DNA of 64,000 nt, taken from the NCBI GenBank assembly GCA_950097015.1, contig CATNEN010000011.1, positions 496,001-560,000 of the forward strand, in the 5' to 3' direction. A program made the translations under genes and the position numbers. This DNA is from Macrostomum hystrix. Its lineage: Eukaryota; Animalia; Platyhelminthes. The notes beneath the pieces were generated by a model. It saw nothing but the letters and a program-made list of their open reading frames with translations. It searched no databases and was not told the origin of the DNA. Of this stretch, positions 62,718 to 64,000 are shown in pieces; the stretch's first letter is position 1; every line of letters begins with the position of its first letter.

Positions 62718-64000
62718 TTATTGGAACCCCAGCTGTACATGCGGCAGCACAGCGATTTTAGTGCCCGACAATACGCATGCGCCGACTACATCACAAGCCG
62801 GCACACGCATTGTCCGATCGAAATTCGTGCTGCTGTCGAAGGGGTCCGCTAGAAGAGATTGCACATGAGCGAAAGTACAACCACGGTTCGCCGAAGTTGC
62901 AGGAACGGCGCACAGCGATTCCAGAGGGTCGACAAAGGCATCATCTACTGGCAGTATATGAAGCGTCAGCAGCACTTCTTGGCCCTCCTTGTCTATCGCG
63001 GCGACGTGGCCGAAAACAAAGGACCTGTCCTCGACAGACCACCAAACAGCGACGAAGCAGCTGCACAACTTCAAAGCGGCGTAGTTTTCCGCCGGTCGGA
63101 ACACCTCGATCGTCTGTCCAGACGGAATCGTGACTGCAGTCCAGCAATTCAAACTGTTTGTCGGGCGTCGTAAGACAACTTCGCCGCAAACTTCGGTTTC
63201 GAATTGCCTCCTGACACGCTGATCAGCGGCCAAATCACCGACCAGGAGACCCCGCATCTGGAGAGTCCCTAGCTCTCTCTCAACTGCTCCTACTAGTTCT
63301 ACATCGGTTCGTCGAGTTCCATGCAGGCGATCTCGCAATTTCTGGTGCATGGTCTCGAATAAACCTGTTGACAATTTGTGCACAGGTCCGGCCAACTGCG
63401 CACCAGTGAGCAAGTGACAGCACACGTGATGCGCGTTGTATGTCAACGCCCGTTCTGAGTACAAGCGAGACAGGTTGCTGTGGAAATGTCTTAATTACAC
63501 TTCCACGTGCCGCAGTTCACTTCTCGGTGCGCCCTCAAGACCCAGTTAGAAGACTGCAGACGACAGCAGCAGGAAGTGCTCGTAGTGGGCCTGAGGTAGA
63601 AATTCCTCGAGAATAATAGGGCCAACAGCAAGCAGCCACACTTCTAACTCGTGGCCACGGAGGTGACGAAGATCCTTCATGAGTCGCACGGCCTTGCGCT
63701 GGACACAGCTGGGCAGTTTTATTGACTGCAGTCGCAGCTGCACTTCGGGCAGGCTGGCATGCAGATCCGGGCAGTTGGTGTCGCCTCGGTCCGGTTTCTC
63801 AGCCCTGACTAGAAAGAGCTGGAAGACGATGTACCGAACGATCCCGCAACACACCACATGAAGATAGCACGATGGAGTGCCCCGCATAGAATCAAATCCG
63901 CAAAGTCGACTGAGAGGAGTGCATCCGCGCACTCCAAGAGTGTCTGTGCGAAAGTCGCGTCCGTTAAGCGCATGGTTGCGTGCCAAGGTGATGGTGTCGT
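62718..64000 (-). pseudogene. EnSpm/CACTA-type transposase, C-terminal part, two in-frame TAA stops (63548-63546, 63497-63495)
   Basis: Motifs GVRGCTPLSRL.GFD...P.CYLHVVCCG, ELEVWLL.VGP.IL, YEHFLLLS, and Y....TYNAHH..HL.....AGP....STGLFE resemble animal CMC-EnSpm transposases. Both ORFs share one frame. Confidence 0.85.

Larger units (their letters stand above)
60833..64000 (-). mobile_element. EnSpm/CACTA (CMC) DNA transposon, continuing beyond the window; left boundary tentative
   Basis: Transposase at 62718-64000. Candidate terminus TA|CCCTGAC at 60833 followed by a GC-richer subterminal segment. The second TIR is outside the window. Confidence 0.55.

Overview
Eukaryotic (animal) genomic DNA: GC-richer exons, AT-rich intergenic DNA, GT-AG introns that often hold their own minisatellite, and many CAG/poly-Q tracts. 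This style suggests a free-living flatworm such as Macrostomum, which is an inference from composition only. Spliced gene models were built by hand from splice sites and reading-frame phase. On the + strand: a 5'-truncated dystroglycan-like gene, SHOC2/SUR-8, a TJAP1/BEGAIN-like coiled-coil gene, and an FN3 + septin/AIG1-like GTPase with a frameshifted 5' part. On the - strand: AGPAT5, PLGRKT, MGST3 and a PHD-SET gene of the KMT2E/MLL5/UpSET family. Mobile DNA comprises a Crypton-type tyrosine-recombinase element bounded by perfect 120-bp inverted repeats with a large internal hairpin, several MITE-like elements, a LINE 3' fragment, and a degraded EnSpm/CACTA transposase at the right edge. The strongest leads are (1) a CtIP/Sae2 C-terminal domain, preceded by an acidic S/T-Q tandem repeat, directly downstream of and co-oriented with the CACTA transposase, and (2) the long-TIR Crypton element. 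Family assignments come from recalled motifs; no database search was run.
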